The notes below the pieces were generated by a model. That model saw nothing but the letters and a program-made list of their open reading frames with translations, did not search any database and was not told the DNA's origin. The translations under genes were made by a program, and so were the position numbers. Shown in pieces: positions 28,512-37,143 of a stretch of 64,000 nucleotides of DNA. The stretch is from an uncultured Desulfovibrionaceae bacterium (GTDB taxonomy: Bacteria; Desulfobacterota; Desulfovibrionia; Desulfovibrionales; Desulfovibrionaceae), in the NCBI GenBank assembly GCA_964371865.1, contig CAYJOR010000002.1, forward strand, positions 56,465 through 120,464. Reading direction: 5' to 3'. Within the stretch, counting starts at the first letter, position 1, and each line of letters opens with the position of its first letter.

Positions 28512-28568
28512 AATATATCTGGCAAAAACAAGTAACAACATGTAATAAATTTATTGTGAGGGATTGAC

Positions 28569-30101
28569 ATGAACTTCAAAAAACACATTCTACCGCTTAT
28601 TGCCTATACTGCTGTTGCACCTGTTGTAACTTTTTCTGCAGTAGAAGCTAATGCAGCAGAGGACGTACCTGCAGTTATCGCTCAAAATGAGCCAACAGTT
28701 GTAGTTGGATCTGATGAGATAACTCACCCATTAGTAATAACACCACTTTTAGAAACAGAAGCACCAAAAGTTTCACCACTTATTGATGCAGTAGAAATTT
28801 CAGTTTACGATTCAATGAAGGCTGTGTTGTATTACTCGCCAACTCTTCGTTCAATCAGAGAAAACAGAGTTGCTCAACAATACGAAGTTGAAAAAGCTAA
28901 ATCTGGCTACTATCCATCTTTAGACGTAACCGGTACTTACGGTGTAGCATATACTGACAACCAATCTACAAGAGACTTTGCTGAACGCCAACCTGGTAGA
29001 TACAGTAACTTCAACGGATCAGCTACAGCTTCCGCATCTGCAACATTAACTCAAATTCTTTGGAACGGCAAAATCGTTTCAAATACTGTCGACTACAACA
29101 TATTTGTTTTAGAATCATTAGATAACCGTGTATACGATAACGCAACAACACTTGCTCTTGAAGGCTTGATTGCTCATACTGATATCGTAAGAACTAAAAA
29201 AATTCTCGACCTCACAGTTAGCTATGTTGATAAACACAGAGAAATTCTTAATCAACAAATCGCTTTAAGTGCATCTGGTATCATGACAGAAGCTGATGTA
29301 ACTCAAGCTCAAGGTCGTTTGGTTCGTGCTACTGCTGATTTAAGAAATGCTGAAAACGCATACAAAAATTCAGTTAATAACTACGAACAACTTACAGGTC
29401 ATGAACTTCCAGTATACTTCTTAGATCCATCTCTTCCACAACAAGAAGTTCAATCACCTGAATCAATCATTAGCACAGCTCTAATGAGAAACCCTAAAAT
29501 CAATGCTTTACACTCAGATTATCAAGCAGCTTTCAAACAAATTGACATTGCTGAAGGTGGTTATCACCCAGAAGTAACTCTTACATTTGGTGCTGAATAC
29601 GATGATCCTTCACTCGAAGCGAACACAGGTAATAAAGAATACACAACTAGCGCATCTGCAACAGTTGGTGTATCTTGGAACTTATTTAACGGTTTTGCAA
29701 CACAAAATACAGTTCTCGCTGCTAAAGCAAGATCACGTATGGCGCGTGAAGACACCATCGCTCAAATTGATGCTGTAAAAACTGAAGCTATCCAAACTTA
29801 CAACGATCTTAAAAATGCTCAAGAACTTCGTACAGTTTATGAAGATGCTAAAATGTACAACTTAGCAACTAGAGATAACTACCTATCTCAGTTCTCATTC
29901 GGTACACGTTCACTTCTTGACGTTTTAGATGCTGAAACTGAACTTTACACAACTCAAGTGCAGCTAGCTACTTCTGAGTCAAACATTATCGTAAACTCAT
30001 GGAGAGTTCTAGCTCTTCAAGGAACTTTACTTGATGACTTGGATATAGAACCAACTGTATACGAAACTCCATTACCACCAGCATCATTTGATTTTGACTA
30101 A
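28569..30101 (+). CDS. TolC-family type I secretion outer membrane protein (LapE-like)
   Basis: Signal peptide. Two-repeat OEP architecture. First gene of the T1SS operon. Confidence 0.9.
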   Translation: MNFKKHILPLIAYTAVAPVVTFSAVEANAAEDVPAVIAQNEPTVVVGSDEITHPLVITPLLETEAPKVSPLIDAVEISVYDSMKAVLYYSPTLRSIRENRVAQQYEVEKAKSGYYPSLDVTGTYGVAYTDNQSTRDFAERQPGRYSNFNGSATASASATLTQILWNGKIVSNTVDYNIFVLESLDNRVYDNATTLALEGLIAHTDIVRTKKILDLTVSYVDKHREILNQQIALSASGIMTEADVTQAQGRLVRATADLRNAENAYKNSVNNYEQLTGHELPVYFLDPSLPQQEVQSPESIISTALMRNPKINALHSDYQAAFKQIDIAEGGYHPEVTLTFGAEYDDPSLEANTGNKEYTTSASATVGVSWNLFNGFATQNTVLAAKARSRMAREDTIAQIDAVKTEAIQTYNDLKNAQELRTVYEDAKMYNLATRDNYLSQFSFGTRSLLDVLDAETELYTTQVQLATSESNIIVNSWRVLALQGTLLDDLDIEPTVYETPLPPASFDFD

Positions 30102-30121
30102 AAAATAAAATTGGGAATACT

Positions 30122-32509
30122 ATGCAAACTAGCAATATGAAGACTGAGTCAGAGAATAAGCAACAAGAGAAAAATGGCAATTCACAACAAAGCCAACCAA
30201 CTAACAATTCTCCTAGTAATTCTGTAGATATTGGTCTTGCACCTCGCGAAGTTGATTTTTTCCCACCGTTAGTACAAAGTTTCTCGACACTTTTCTCCCT
30301 ATACGGGAGACAAGTGTCGAGCAATGCAATAAATTTTGCGCTTGGCAATAGCGCACCATCTCCTGCTTCATGCCAAAGAGCAGCGAAACAGCTTGGTCTT
30401 AACTCGCGTATTGTACATAAACCTGAAATACGTGAAATTTTAGATACCGTATTGCCATCAATCCTTATTCTTCAAAATCAACAATCTTGTATCCTTGTTG
30501 AGAAGAAAGGCGACACTGCACAGATTATTATGCCTGAACACGGCAATACTGTGACAATAATTGATATTGATAAATTACAAGAAATTTACTCTGGATATGC
30601 AATTTTTGCTGCATTAGATCCAATGGCCGACAAACGCCTTCATAGTATTGTAAAAATACAAACCAAACGTTGGTTCTGGGACGTTGTTTGGCATTATATT
30701 CCATTATACCGTCAAGTTATTATCGCTACAATTGCGATTAACTTACTTGTTCTTGTTGGTCCATTATTCTTTATGAACGTTTATGATAGGGTTGTTCCGA
30801 ACCTTGCTTACGATACCCTATGGGTTTTAGCTGTAGGTGTGCTAGTAGGTTATATCTTTGAATTTATTCTTAAGGTCTTGCGTTCAAACTTTACTGACAG
30901 AGCAAATAAAAACATTAATACTATTGTTACAACAAGATTGATGCAAAAAATCATGGAAATGCGTCTTGAAGATAGACCAGATTCATCAGGTGCACTCATC
31001 AACCACATGAAAGAATTTGAATCGTTGCAAGATTTCTTTAGTGCCGTAAGCTTACTTACAGTTATTGACTTGCCATTTATGATTCTTTTCCTATTTGTTG
31101 TATTCTTCATTGGTGGAAATGTTGTATACCTTCCAATCATAGCAATTATTATCCTGATATGTTCTATTCTAATACTTCAAATAACAATCAAAAAATTTAG
31201 TTTACTCAACCATCAATCAAACGTTGAAAAAAATGCTCACCTTGTTGAAATGATTACAGGTATGGAAGCTATTAAAATGGCAGTAGCTGAAAACCGTATG
31301 TTACAAATATGGGAAAAAGTTATAGCTTATTCAGCTGAAGTTGGTACAAATTCTAAAAGAACAACTACTCTTGCAGTTAACTTTGCAACTTTCGTAAGTC
31401 ATATTGTTTCAGTAACTCTTATTGTTTGGGGTGTTTATCTAATCGGTTCCCACAGTCTTACAATGGGTGGACTTATAGCATGTAACATTCTTATTGGTAG
31501 AGCAATGTCATTTGTTATGCAGTTAGCATCTCTCATGACTCGCTATCAACAAGCAAAAGTTTCATTGCAAGTTCTTAACCACTTGATGGAACTGCCTTCT
31601 GAACGTCACACAAGTTCACATCTTGTTGAATTTGGTGACTTACCTCACTCACTAGAACTCACAAAAGTATCCTTTGCATATAAAGGTGCGCACTTACCTA
31701 CAATTGATGACGTAAGTCTTACAATTAATCCGGGCGAGAAAGTTGGTATTATCGGAAACATGGGTTCTGGTAAATCAACAATGGCGAGACTTTTATGTGG
31801 TCTTTATACACCAACAGCAGGTGCTGTAAAATTTGGTGGTGTTGACTTACGTAGATTAGATATGTCAGAGCTTAGAACTCGTGTAAGCTTCCTTCCACAA
31901 GATCCATTACTCTTCCACGGAACCATTCGTGAAAACATTGCTCTTGGTTCGATTCATATTCCAGATCAGCTTGTAGTTAGAGCAGCTTGGATTGCTGGTG
32001 TGCATGAATTTGTTCAACACACTCCTGAAGGATATGCAATGCAAGTGGGTGAAAAAGGACAAAACCTCTCAGGCGGACAAAGACAAGCAGTTGCTCTAGC
32101 ACGTGCTCTTCTACATGACCCAGATGTAATTATCCTTGATGAACCAACAAGTAATATTGATGGAGCAACTGAAGCTAGAATCAAGTCAAGATTGAAGAAA
32201 ATCATTCAAAATAAAACTTTAATCATTAATATGCACAGAATGAGCTTGCTTGAACTCACAACAAGACTTATAGTATTACAAGACGGTAAGGTTGTTGCTG
32301 ATGGTCCTACTAAAGAAGTTTATGCGTGGCTAAATAGTAAACAACAAGCTCCAACAAGTAATCAACAGTCACCACAAGTAAAAAACACACTTGTAAATAA
32401 CTCACCGGGAAACACAGATCCTAGAAGAGTTATACCTAAAGAGGCTGAAGCAGAGAACGCTCAGGAAGAAGTAAAACCTGATGACTTTGTTAGAACTACA
32501 ACTGATTAA
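30122..32509 (+). CDS. Type I secretion ABC exporter (LapB/HlyB-like, N-terminal C39-like domain without catalytic Cys)
   Basis: Walker A GNMGSGKST, signature LSGGQRQAVALARA, Walker B IILDEPTS. Six-TM domain. Gln/Ser/Asn-rich N- and C-terminal tails. Confidence 0.92.
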   Translation: MQTSNMKTESENKQQEKNGNSQQSQPTNNSPSNSVDIGLAPREVDFFPPLVQSFSTLFSLYGRQVSSNAINFALGNSAPSPASCQRAAKQLGLNSRIVHKPEIREILDTVLPSILILQNQQSCILVEKKGDTAQIIMPEHGNTVTIIDIDKLQEIYSGYAIFAALDPMADKRLHSIVKIQTKRWFWDVVWHYIPLYRQVIIATIAINLLVLVGPLFFMNVYDRVVPNLAYDTLWVLAVGVLVGYIFEFILKVLRSNFTDRANKNINTIVTTRLMQKIMEMRLEDRPDSSGALINHMKEFESLQDFFSAVSLLTVIDLPFMILFLFVVFFIGGNVVYLPIIAIIILICSILILQITIKKFSLLNHQSNVEKNAHLVEMITGMEAIKMAVAENRMLQIWEKVIAYSAEVGTNSKRTTTLAVNFATFVSHIVSVTLIVWGVYLIGSHSLTMGGLIACNILIGRAMSFVMQLASLMTRYQQAKVSLQVLNHLMELPSERHTSSHLVEFGDLPHSLELTKVSFAYKGAHLPTIDDVSLTINPGEKVGIIGNMGSGKSTMARLLCGLYTPTAGAVKFGGVDLRRLDMSELRTRVSFLPQDPLLFHGTIRENIALGSIHIPDQLVVRAAWIAGVHEFVQHTPEGYAMQVGEKGQNLSGGQRQAVALARALLHDPDVIILDEPTSNIDGATEARIKSRLKKIIQNKTLIINMHRMSLLELTTRLIVLQDGKVVADGPTKEVYAWLNSKQQAPTSNQQSPQVKNTLVNNSPGNTDPRRVIPKEAEAENAQEEVKPDDFVRTTTD

Positions 32510-32596
32510 TAACTGAAGCTTTCCTTATTAGTACGATATATTAGGGACAAAAACCGTAATTCTAAATTACTACATTCTAGCTTATGAGAAATTACC

Positions 32597-34285
32597 ATGA
32601 ATAAAGAACAAAACACTAATATAGCAAAAAATCCTAAAGCAGGGAAAGACTACTCTCCTAAATCCGGTACTGATTACTCACCAAAAGCAGGAAAGGATTA
32701 TTCGCCTAAACCTGAAGTACAACCAGAACCTGCTAAAGAAGTTGTGCCTCAAACAGAAGCACCGAAAGTTCCTTTAGCTAAAATAGATCCAGTAAAAATG
32801 GCTGTGCCAGCTGATGCTGTTACTCAAAATGCTAATGGAGAAATTGAACTTTCTCCTGACTATATTGAAAAGAAAGACCAAAAACGCCCTGTTAATAGTG
32901 ATAAACTTCAACAGCAGAGCGGATCTGAAGCAGAAGAACTATTTACTGCTAAAAGAAAGAAGCCTACAAATGAAGAAAAAGAATATATGTCTGACATTGA
33001 CGCTGTTTGGAACGATACAGGTTCAACTCGTCAACGTGCAGTAACATTCCTTATTCTTGCACTACTCCTTAGTTTTATAGCTTGGGCTTCTTGGGCTACG
33101 ATTGATGAGCTTACAAGAGGACAAGGGCAAGTTATCGCATCTTCAGGAACTCAGGTTATCACTCACTTAGAGGGTGGTATTCTATCTGATATTCTTGTTA
33201 CAGAAGGTGTTATTGTTGAAGAAGGTCAAATACTTGCAAGAGTTGAAAACGTTGCGGCTGAAAGTGTGTACCGTGATACTCAAACAAAAATTTACGAACT
33301 CACTGCAACTATCATTCGTTTGGAAGCAGAGCTTAATGATACACAGCTACAGTACTCTCCTGAATTAATTTCTGCTGCTCCTAATATTGTTGAATTACAA
33401 ACTCAAGTATACAATACACGTAGACGTCAATTCTTATCAGAAATAGATGTTCTTGATACTCAAAGTCAGCAAGCTCACTACGAACTTGATGATATGGAAA
33501 AGAAACACCGCACTACAACTGAAGCTCTTTCTTTAGCATCGCGTCGTCTCGATCTCTCAAGACCAATGGTTGCTCAAGGTCTTTATGCTGAAGTTGACTT
33601 CTTAAACTTACAACAAGAAATTGTTAACCTGCGTGGCGAGCTAGATTCTCTTGAAAATAATATCTCAAAAGCAGAGATTGTTGTGCAAGAATCAGAACTT
33701 AAGAAAAATTTATTCAAATCTGAATATAACTCAAGAATTATTGAAGAAATCAATAAAATTACATCAGAACGTAACTCTTTAGAAAAGAACTTAACTACAG
33801 GTTCTGATAGAGTTGTGAGAACCGAAATCCGCTCTCCAATGCGTGGAGTTGTGAACCAAATTGTTCTCAACACAAAAGGTGGTGCCGTTAAGCCTGGTGA
33901 ACCAATCATGGAAGTTGTTCCTTTAGATGATACTTTGCTTATCGAAGCTAAAATTAGCCCTGCTGATATCGGTTTTATTTATCCAAATCAAAAAGCCGTT
34001 GTAAAGCTAACAGCTTATGATTTCTCTATCTTTGGTGGATTAGAGGCGAAAGTTGAGCAAATTAGTGCGGATACAATTCAAGGGCAAGGACAACAAGCTA
34101 ACGAATACTTTTATCTCGTAAAACTGCGTACAACTGAAAACAGCCTAGAGTATAGAGGTGAAACTCTACCTATTATCCCTGGTATGATTGCAAGTGTTGA
34201 TATTATTACTGGTAAAAAGACAATCATGCAGTATCTTCTCAAACCAATCTTAAAAGCTAAAGACAATGCTTTACGTGAAAGATAG
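32597..34285 (+). CDS. HlyD-family type I secretion periplasmic adaptor (LapC-like) with a long N-terminal extension
   Basis: TM helix at about aa 145-165 (AVTFLILALLLSFIAWASWA). Coiled-coil and lipoyl/beta-barrel segments. C-terminal GKKTIMQYLLKPI. Confidence 0.9.
   Translation: MNKEQNTNIAKNPKAGKDYSPKSGTDYSPKAGKDYSPKPEVQPEPAKEVVPQTEAPKVPLAKIDPVKMAVPADAVTQNANGEIELSPDYIEKKDQKRPVNSDKLQQQSGSEAEELFTAKRKKPTNEEKEYMSDIDAVWNDTGSTRQRAVTFLILALLLSFIAWASWATIDELTRGQGQVIASSGTQVITHLEGGILSDILVTEGVIVEEGQILARVENVAAESVYRDTQTKIYELTATIIRLEAELNDTQLQYSPELISAAPNIVELQTQVYNTRRRQFLSEIDVLDTQSQQAHYELDDMEKKHRTTTEALSLASRRLDLSRPMVAQGLYAEVDFLNLQQEIVNLRGELDSLENNISKAEIVVQESELKKNLFKSEYNSRIIEEINKITSERNSLEKNLTTGSDRVVRTEIRSPMRGVVNQIVLNTKGGAVKPGEPIMEVVPLDDTLLIEAKISPADIGFIYPNQKAVVKLTAYDFSIFGGLEAKVEQISADTIQGQGQQANEYFYLVKLRTTENSLEYRGETLPIIPGMIASVDIITGKKTIMQYLLKPILKAKDNALRER
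32636..32707 (+). repeat. 3 x 24-bp in-frame tandem repeat (K[AS]G[KT]DYSP) in the HlyD N-terminus
   Basis: The units 32636-32659, 32660-32683 and 32684-32707 encode KAGKDYSP / KSGTDYSP / KAGKDYSP with differing synonymous codons. Confidence 0.9.
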
Positions 34286-34979
34286 AATAGAGAATAAAAC
34301 TCCATATTTTATAGCTATTATCACTTCATTAAGAAGTTTAAAGATTTCTTATAAAGTAGTGACTAGTATACTAATATGTTTGTTTTTTTCAATATCAGAT
34401 GTAAGTCTGGCTTATTCCGCAGAGAAAATTCTTCTTTTTGGTAAGATGGAATTTAAAGGCAGAATAAAAACTCTACCTCAATGGGTAAAAGTTTTAGAAA
34501 AAAATTCTAAAAACCCAATCTTTTCTGATGATTATCAATTAAATTCAAAAACAACATGGGGTCAATTTAAGCAAGATCTTGTTCCCCTCTCTAAAAAAGA
34601 ACAACTAAATAAGGTTAATCTTTTTTGGAATAGATGGCCCTATAGACTAGATAGTCAGGTCTGGAAGACTCCAGATTATTGGGCAGCACCTTACGAATTC
34701 AAGAAAAATTCAGGCGATTGCGAAGATTATGCAATAGCAAAATACTTCACCCTTAAGGAACTTGGATTTTCTGTCGATGATATGCGTATAGTAATTGTTA
34801 TGGAAACAATCCGTAACATCGCACATGCTGTTCTCGCAGTATATTTAGATAATGATGTTTATATTTTAGATAACCTCTCAAATGCGGTGTTATCTCACAC
34901 GAAACTACGAAACTATGATGCTCAATATTCTGTTAATGAGAAATATCGTTGGGGTCATGTAAAAGCTAAAAAGAAATAA
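34266..34979 (+). CDS. Periplasmic transglutaminase-like cysteine protease (BTLCP, LapG-like)
   Basis: Signal peptide. Catalytic-type motifs GDCEDYA (Cys), AHAVLAV (His), ILDN (Asp). Overlaps the HlyD gene end by 20 nt. Confidence 0.85.
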   Translation: MLYVKDRIENKTPYFIAIITSLRSLKISYKVVTSILICLFFSISDVSLAYSAEKILLFGKMEFKGRIKTLPQWVKVLEKNSKNPIFSDDYQLNSKTTWGQFKQDLVPLSKKEQLNKVNLFWNRWPYRLDSQVWKTPDYWAAPYEFKKNSGDCEDYAIAKYFTLKELGFSVDDMRIVIVMETIRNIAHAVLAVYLDNDVYILDNLSNAVLSHTKLRNYDAQYSVNEKYRWGHVKAKKK

Positions 34980-34985
34980 TCTGAT

Positions 34986-37073
34986 ATGGAGTCAACAATG
35001 AAAAGTCCTGAACAGAACCAAAAATCTTCTGTTGCTAAAAAAAGGCAAGCTCTTGCTATTGTTGTTTGTTTGCTAATTGCAATATGTGGTGTTGCTTATT
35101 ATGTTTCAAATCTTAATTATGAAAAGAAAAAAGCTGATATTCTAAATGCTGAAAATATCAACCTTACAAGCTGGGTGCAAGGCACAATTCAAGCTATATC
35201 TATATGGGTAGAAAGTATTGATGAACAAGGTCAGCGTATCAGTAATTCTGATTCATACCGAGGCTTTATTGAAGATGTTAGGTTAGCTGGCGAAGATGTT
35301 GCCTCAGAAATCAACACTTCTGACATTGTTACTTCGCAACTTGATACAAATTATGATGAACTAATAGATCAAGTACCTTTCTGGCGTAGTGCTCTATATG
35401 ATTACATGAATAATATCGGCATGTTTGATGCACGTATAGTTAATGCTGATGCTGTAACTATACTCTCAGCACTTCAAATACCAACAGCTATTACACCGAA
35501 TCAAGTTCTTACTGTAAAAAAATCTATAGACAATAACAAAATTGCTATATCTCCAGTGCGCACATCAGCATCAACAATGGTTATCGACTATGCACTTCCA
35601 ATCCTTCCATTTGTTTATAATGAAAATGATCCACCAATAGCCGCGGTTCTTTTTACACTTCCTATAACAAATCAGATTGCGCAATTCTTATCACGTGATA
35701 TTCACGCTGAAACACAAACTATTCCGTATATTATTCAAAAAAATGGTGATTTGTATCAAAATATTCAAGTTCATACCCCAAAACCATCTGATATAACAAC
35801 TCAACTTGACTTTAACTCTTCCCAAATTTTACCATTTGGAATAAGAACATCAGTCGATGGAACAACTCAAGTTTATTCTTATGCAGAAAAAGTTCCTGGA
35901 CTTGATATGTGGGTTGTTCTTGAATTGCCTGCTGATGTCATTATCAATACCTTTACTTCTATGGCTTGGACTATTTATGGTCTTGGAGCTCTTGCAAGCA
36001 TTGGTGTTATCTTGTTGTTTGCTATGATTTGGTGGATGATGATTGGTAAAGAACAAAGAGAAGCTGCAGAAAAATTTAGAAAGCTTTATGATGTTATTGC
36101 ACAGCAAAAAGGATTACTAGATAGTATCAACCTTTCTCTAGAAGTTGGTCTTATAATGATCGATACTGATGGTAAAATCCAAATTTCTAACAAAACCTTT
36201 AATGAAATTGTAGGAAAAGATGAAGATGGTATGGTAGATGCTAGCTTACTTTCAGTATTTGAAGGTCAAGTTGCTGGTATCTTCATGGAGAAGGTTGATA
36301 AAGTTGTTGAAAATGATACTTATCTAACTTTTGAAGTTGAAATTCCGAAGCAAGACATTATTTCCCTTTACCGTGTAACACTCTATCCTTTCCATGATGA
36401 CTATGACGATGGTGTTGATATTCTAGGTGCAGTTGCTACCCTTCAAGATATTACAGAATTTAGACGTAATAGCGAAAAGAATAAGAAACAACAAGCTAAT
36501 ATTATTCAAGCATTTGTTCGCGCAATTGAGGGTGTGGATCCATATCTCACCGGTCACTCACAAATGATGAGTAACGTTGGTGTACTTATGGCAAAACATA
36601 TGAATATGACTGAAGAAGACATTTCTACTATTCATAATGCTTCTATCTTCTCGCAAATTGGTAAACTCTTCATCGATAGAGAAATACTTATCAAAACAGG
36701 CAAACTTACACCAGAAGAACTTACAAAAATCAAACACCTTCCTGAAAAAGCATATGAAGTTCTTTCCGGCATTGGTTTTAGTGCTCCTATTGCTACTGCG
36801 GTGCGTCAAATGTATGAACAACTTGATGGTAATGGATATCCAAATAAACTAAAAGATGAAGAAATAATTATTCCTGCACGAATTCTTGCTATAACAAACT
36901 CATTCTGTGCTCTTATTAGTGAGAGATCGTTTAGAGCTGGATTGCCAATCAATGAAGCAATTGGAAAACTTAAAGAATGTCCTAACCAGTTTGATCTTGA
37001 ACTTCTTAATGTTCTTACTGAAGTAATAAAAACTCCTGAAGGTGCTACTGCACTTACCGTTAATAAAGATTAA
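34986..37073 (+). CDS. Transmembrane sensor protein: periplasmic domain - TM - PAS-like - degenerate HD-GYP domain (putative LapD-analogous regulator)
   Basis: TM1 at about aa 22-42, a ~280-aa periplasmic region, TM2 (WTIYGLGALASIGVILLFAMIWWMMIG), a PAS-like block, and a C-terminal HD-GYP fold with DGNGYP. The HD is replaced by SQ (IFSQIGK), HHE by MYE, and D..DA by N..CA. Confidence 0.8.
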   Translation: MESTMKSPEQNQKSSVAKKRQALAIVVCLLIAICGVAYYVSNLNYEKKKADILNAENINLTSWVQGTIQAISIWVESIDEQGQRISNSDSYRGFIEDVRLAGEDVASEINTSDIVTSQLDTNYDELIDQVPFWRSALYDYMNNIGMFDARIVNADAVTILSALQIPTAITPNQVLTVKKSIDNNKIAISPVRTSASTMVIDYALPILPFVYNENDPPIAAVLFTLPITNQIAQFLSRDIHAETQTIPYIIQKNGDLYQNIQVHTPKPSDITTQLDFNSSQILPFGIRTSVDGTTQVYSYAEKVPGLDMWVVLELPADVIINTFTSMAWTIYGLGALASIGVILLFAMIWWMMIGKEQREAAEKFRKLYDVIAQQKGLLDSINLSLEVGLIMIDTDGKIQISNKTFNEIVGKDEDGMVDASLLSVFEGQVAGIFMEKVDKVVENDTYLTFEVEIPKQDIISLYRVTLYPFHDDYDDGVDILGAVATLQDITEFRRNSEKNKKQQANIIQAFVRAIEGVDPYLTGHSQMMSNVGVLMAKHMNMTEEDISTIHNASIFSQIGKLFIDREILIKTGKLTPEELTKIKHLPEKAYEVLSGIGFSAPIATAVRQMYEQLDGNGYPNKLKDEEIIIPARILAITNSFCALISERSFRAGLPINEAIGKLKECPNQFDLELLNVLTEVIKTPEGATALTVNKD

Positions 37074-37080
37074 TGAATAA

Positions 37081-37122
37081 AGCCATGCAGTTTTTTACAC
37101 TACTGCATGGCTTAGTTAAATT
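37081..37122 (+). terminator. Terminator after the T1SS/Lap-like operon
   Basis: GCCATGCAGT-10 nt loop-ACTGCATGGC, a perfect 10-bp stem, followed by a T-rich tail. Confidence 0.6.
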
Positions 37123-37143
37123 TCTAAACTAAACGGAAAAGAC

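Noticed and set aside
28364-28588. 74-aa minus-strand ORF upstream of the TolC-like gene
   Set aside because: It translates AT-rich promoter DNA (Phe/Ile/Asn/Tyr-rich), overlaps the tolC-like start and the TTGACA/TATAAT promoter, and has no RBS.
30122-30620. ABC exporter as a bacteriocin-processing (active C39 peptidase) transporter
   Set aside because: The N-terminal domain lacks the conserved catalytic Cys context expected near its start. The operon contains a TolC and a LapG-like protease, which fits an adhesin/RTX-type T1SS better.
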